Shown piece after piece: positions 63,137-64,000 of a stretch of DNA of 64,000 bases (position 1 is the stretch's first letter; each line of letters begins with the position of its first letter). The position numbers and the translations under genes were made by a program. The notes beneath the pieces are model-generated. The model made no database searches. It saw nothing but the letters and a program-made list of their open reading frames with translations, and was not told the origin of the DNA. The stretch comes from Basidiobolus meristosporus CBS 931.73 (Eukaryota > Fungi > Basidiobolomycota), in assembly GCA_002104905.1 (NCBI GenBank), contig MCFE01000211.1, positions 62,001-126,000 of the forward strand, read 5' to 3'.

Positions 63137-64000
63137 ATTTACTTGAAATACTTTCACCAGAGTATCAGGTACCCAATACAGACAATTATCAAAGCTGCTC
63201 AAACAGTCCCATAGTTTGCACAAATTTTCTTGGGACCTTGTTAAGCATATTCTACTTGTTTGTTATATTAAGACCATGTAAAAGTCTAAATGCTACTTTT
63301 ACATTCAATAATTAATCGAGTGAAAACAGCATCATCTACTTGTTCATCAAATCACTTCCAGTAGCTCTAAGACTCTTTTGACATGTTCTGAGCTCTAATC
63401 TATCACTCTCTGCAATGTCTACTAATGCTATTACTGGAGTTTTTCCCTCTGCTGAAAAGCATGATAGATCTTACTACCAAGTGTGGAAGATGAAGATGTT
63501 GATGCTGTTACAAGAAAGGGGCCATTGGGATACTGTTATGGGAGAAGAATGCCCTTCTAAAAAATTGGAAGAAGAAGCCTCAAAGTGCCATAAGAAAGAA
63601 CAAAGTACCTTCAACTGCACTTATATCAAACACAAGTTGCAACTTCAATTCTGAAGAGCAAAAATGGCAAAGAATGCCTGGAAGGCATCAGAACACTCAT
63701 AACAAACATGTTCATCTGCTGAAAAAATGTACCCTAGCAAAAACTTATTCACTACAAAAATGCTGTTGGGAAACAAACTGAAAGATTTAATTAACAGATC
63801 TACCATCTACCAACTACTAATGAGGATTGGATAGCCACCATCTTGAGTAGCCTGACATACAAGTTTCAGAGCCTTTGTATTAGTCAAGAGTCCAGAACTG
63901 AAGATTGGACCTTAAACTATGCACATGGATGGCTCCTCAGTGAAGAACTAAGAAAAACAAGGGCTAATAAGTTGGAAGAAGCAAATGCTTTGATAAATAA
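63137..64000 (+). mobile_element. Copia family 1 copy C: remainder of the 5' LTR and degenerate gag, running off the window
   Basis: Reverse complement of the family-1 LTR, then MSTNAITGVFPSAEK...VWKMKMLMLLQERG at 63415. Confidence 0.85.

Noticed and set aside
61167-63315. Repeated 'protein' MDQDSAMHFCDMIQATG... on both strands (also at 43985)
   Set aside because: Artefact of the MITE inverted arms; frames and stops are not conserved between arms.
9300-64000. Classical ascomycete RIP (CpA to TpA)
   Set aside because: The visible losses between copies are at CpG, giving TpG/CpA, and CpA and TpG remain abundant. A formal context count is still needed.
1-64000. tRNA, rRNA, CRISPR arrays or telomeric repeats
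   Set aside because: None recognisable by eye; a covariance-model scan would be needed to exclude small ncRNAs.

Overview
Fungal genomic DNA with short (~55-65 bp) GT-AG introns; an early-diverging lineage is my inference, not shown by the sequence. It has two sharply different halves. Bases 1-~9300 are gene-dense and CpG-rich: the 3' part of the AP-3 delta adaptin gene, a small orphan ORF carrying an RRRNAI motif, TFIIE-alpha and TIM22 (head-to-head), and casein kinase 2 alpha. Bases ~9300-64000 contain no recognisable host gene and are a strongly CpG-depleted pile of nested transposons. These include two Ty1/copia families (three full-length copies, two with intact 5-bp TSDs, plus a solo LTR and fragments), a split chromodomain Ty3/gypsy element, and many pieces of a large CACTA/EnSpm element. 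There is also a PIF/Harbinger-superfamily (PHIS, Pangu-like) DNA transposon family, present as one complete copy (17433-20863), two defective copies and two ~730-bp fold-back MITEs. The complete copy is the most unusual object. Its transposase ORF is intact and contains no CpG at all, while its divergent Myb/SANT-like ORF is extremely CpG-dense; the same region has decayed to TpG/CpA in the other two copies.
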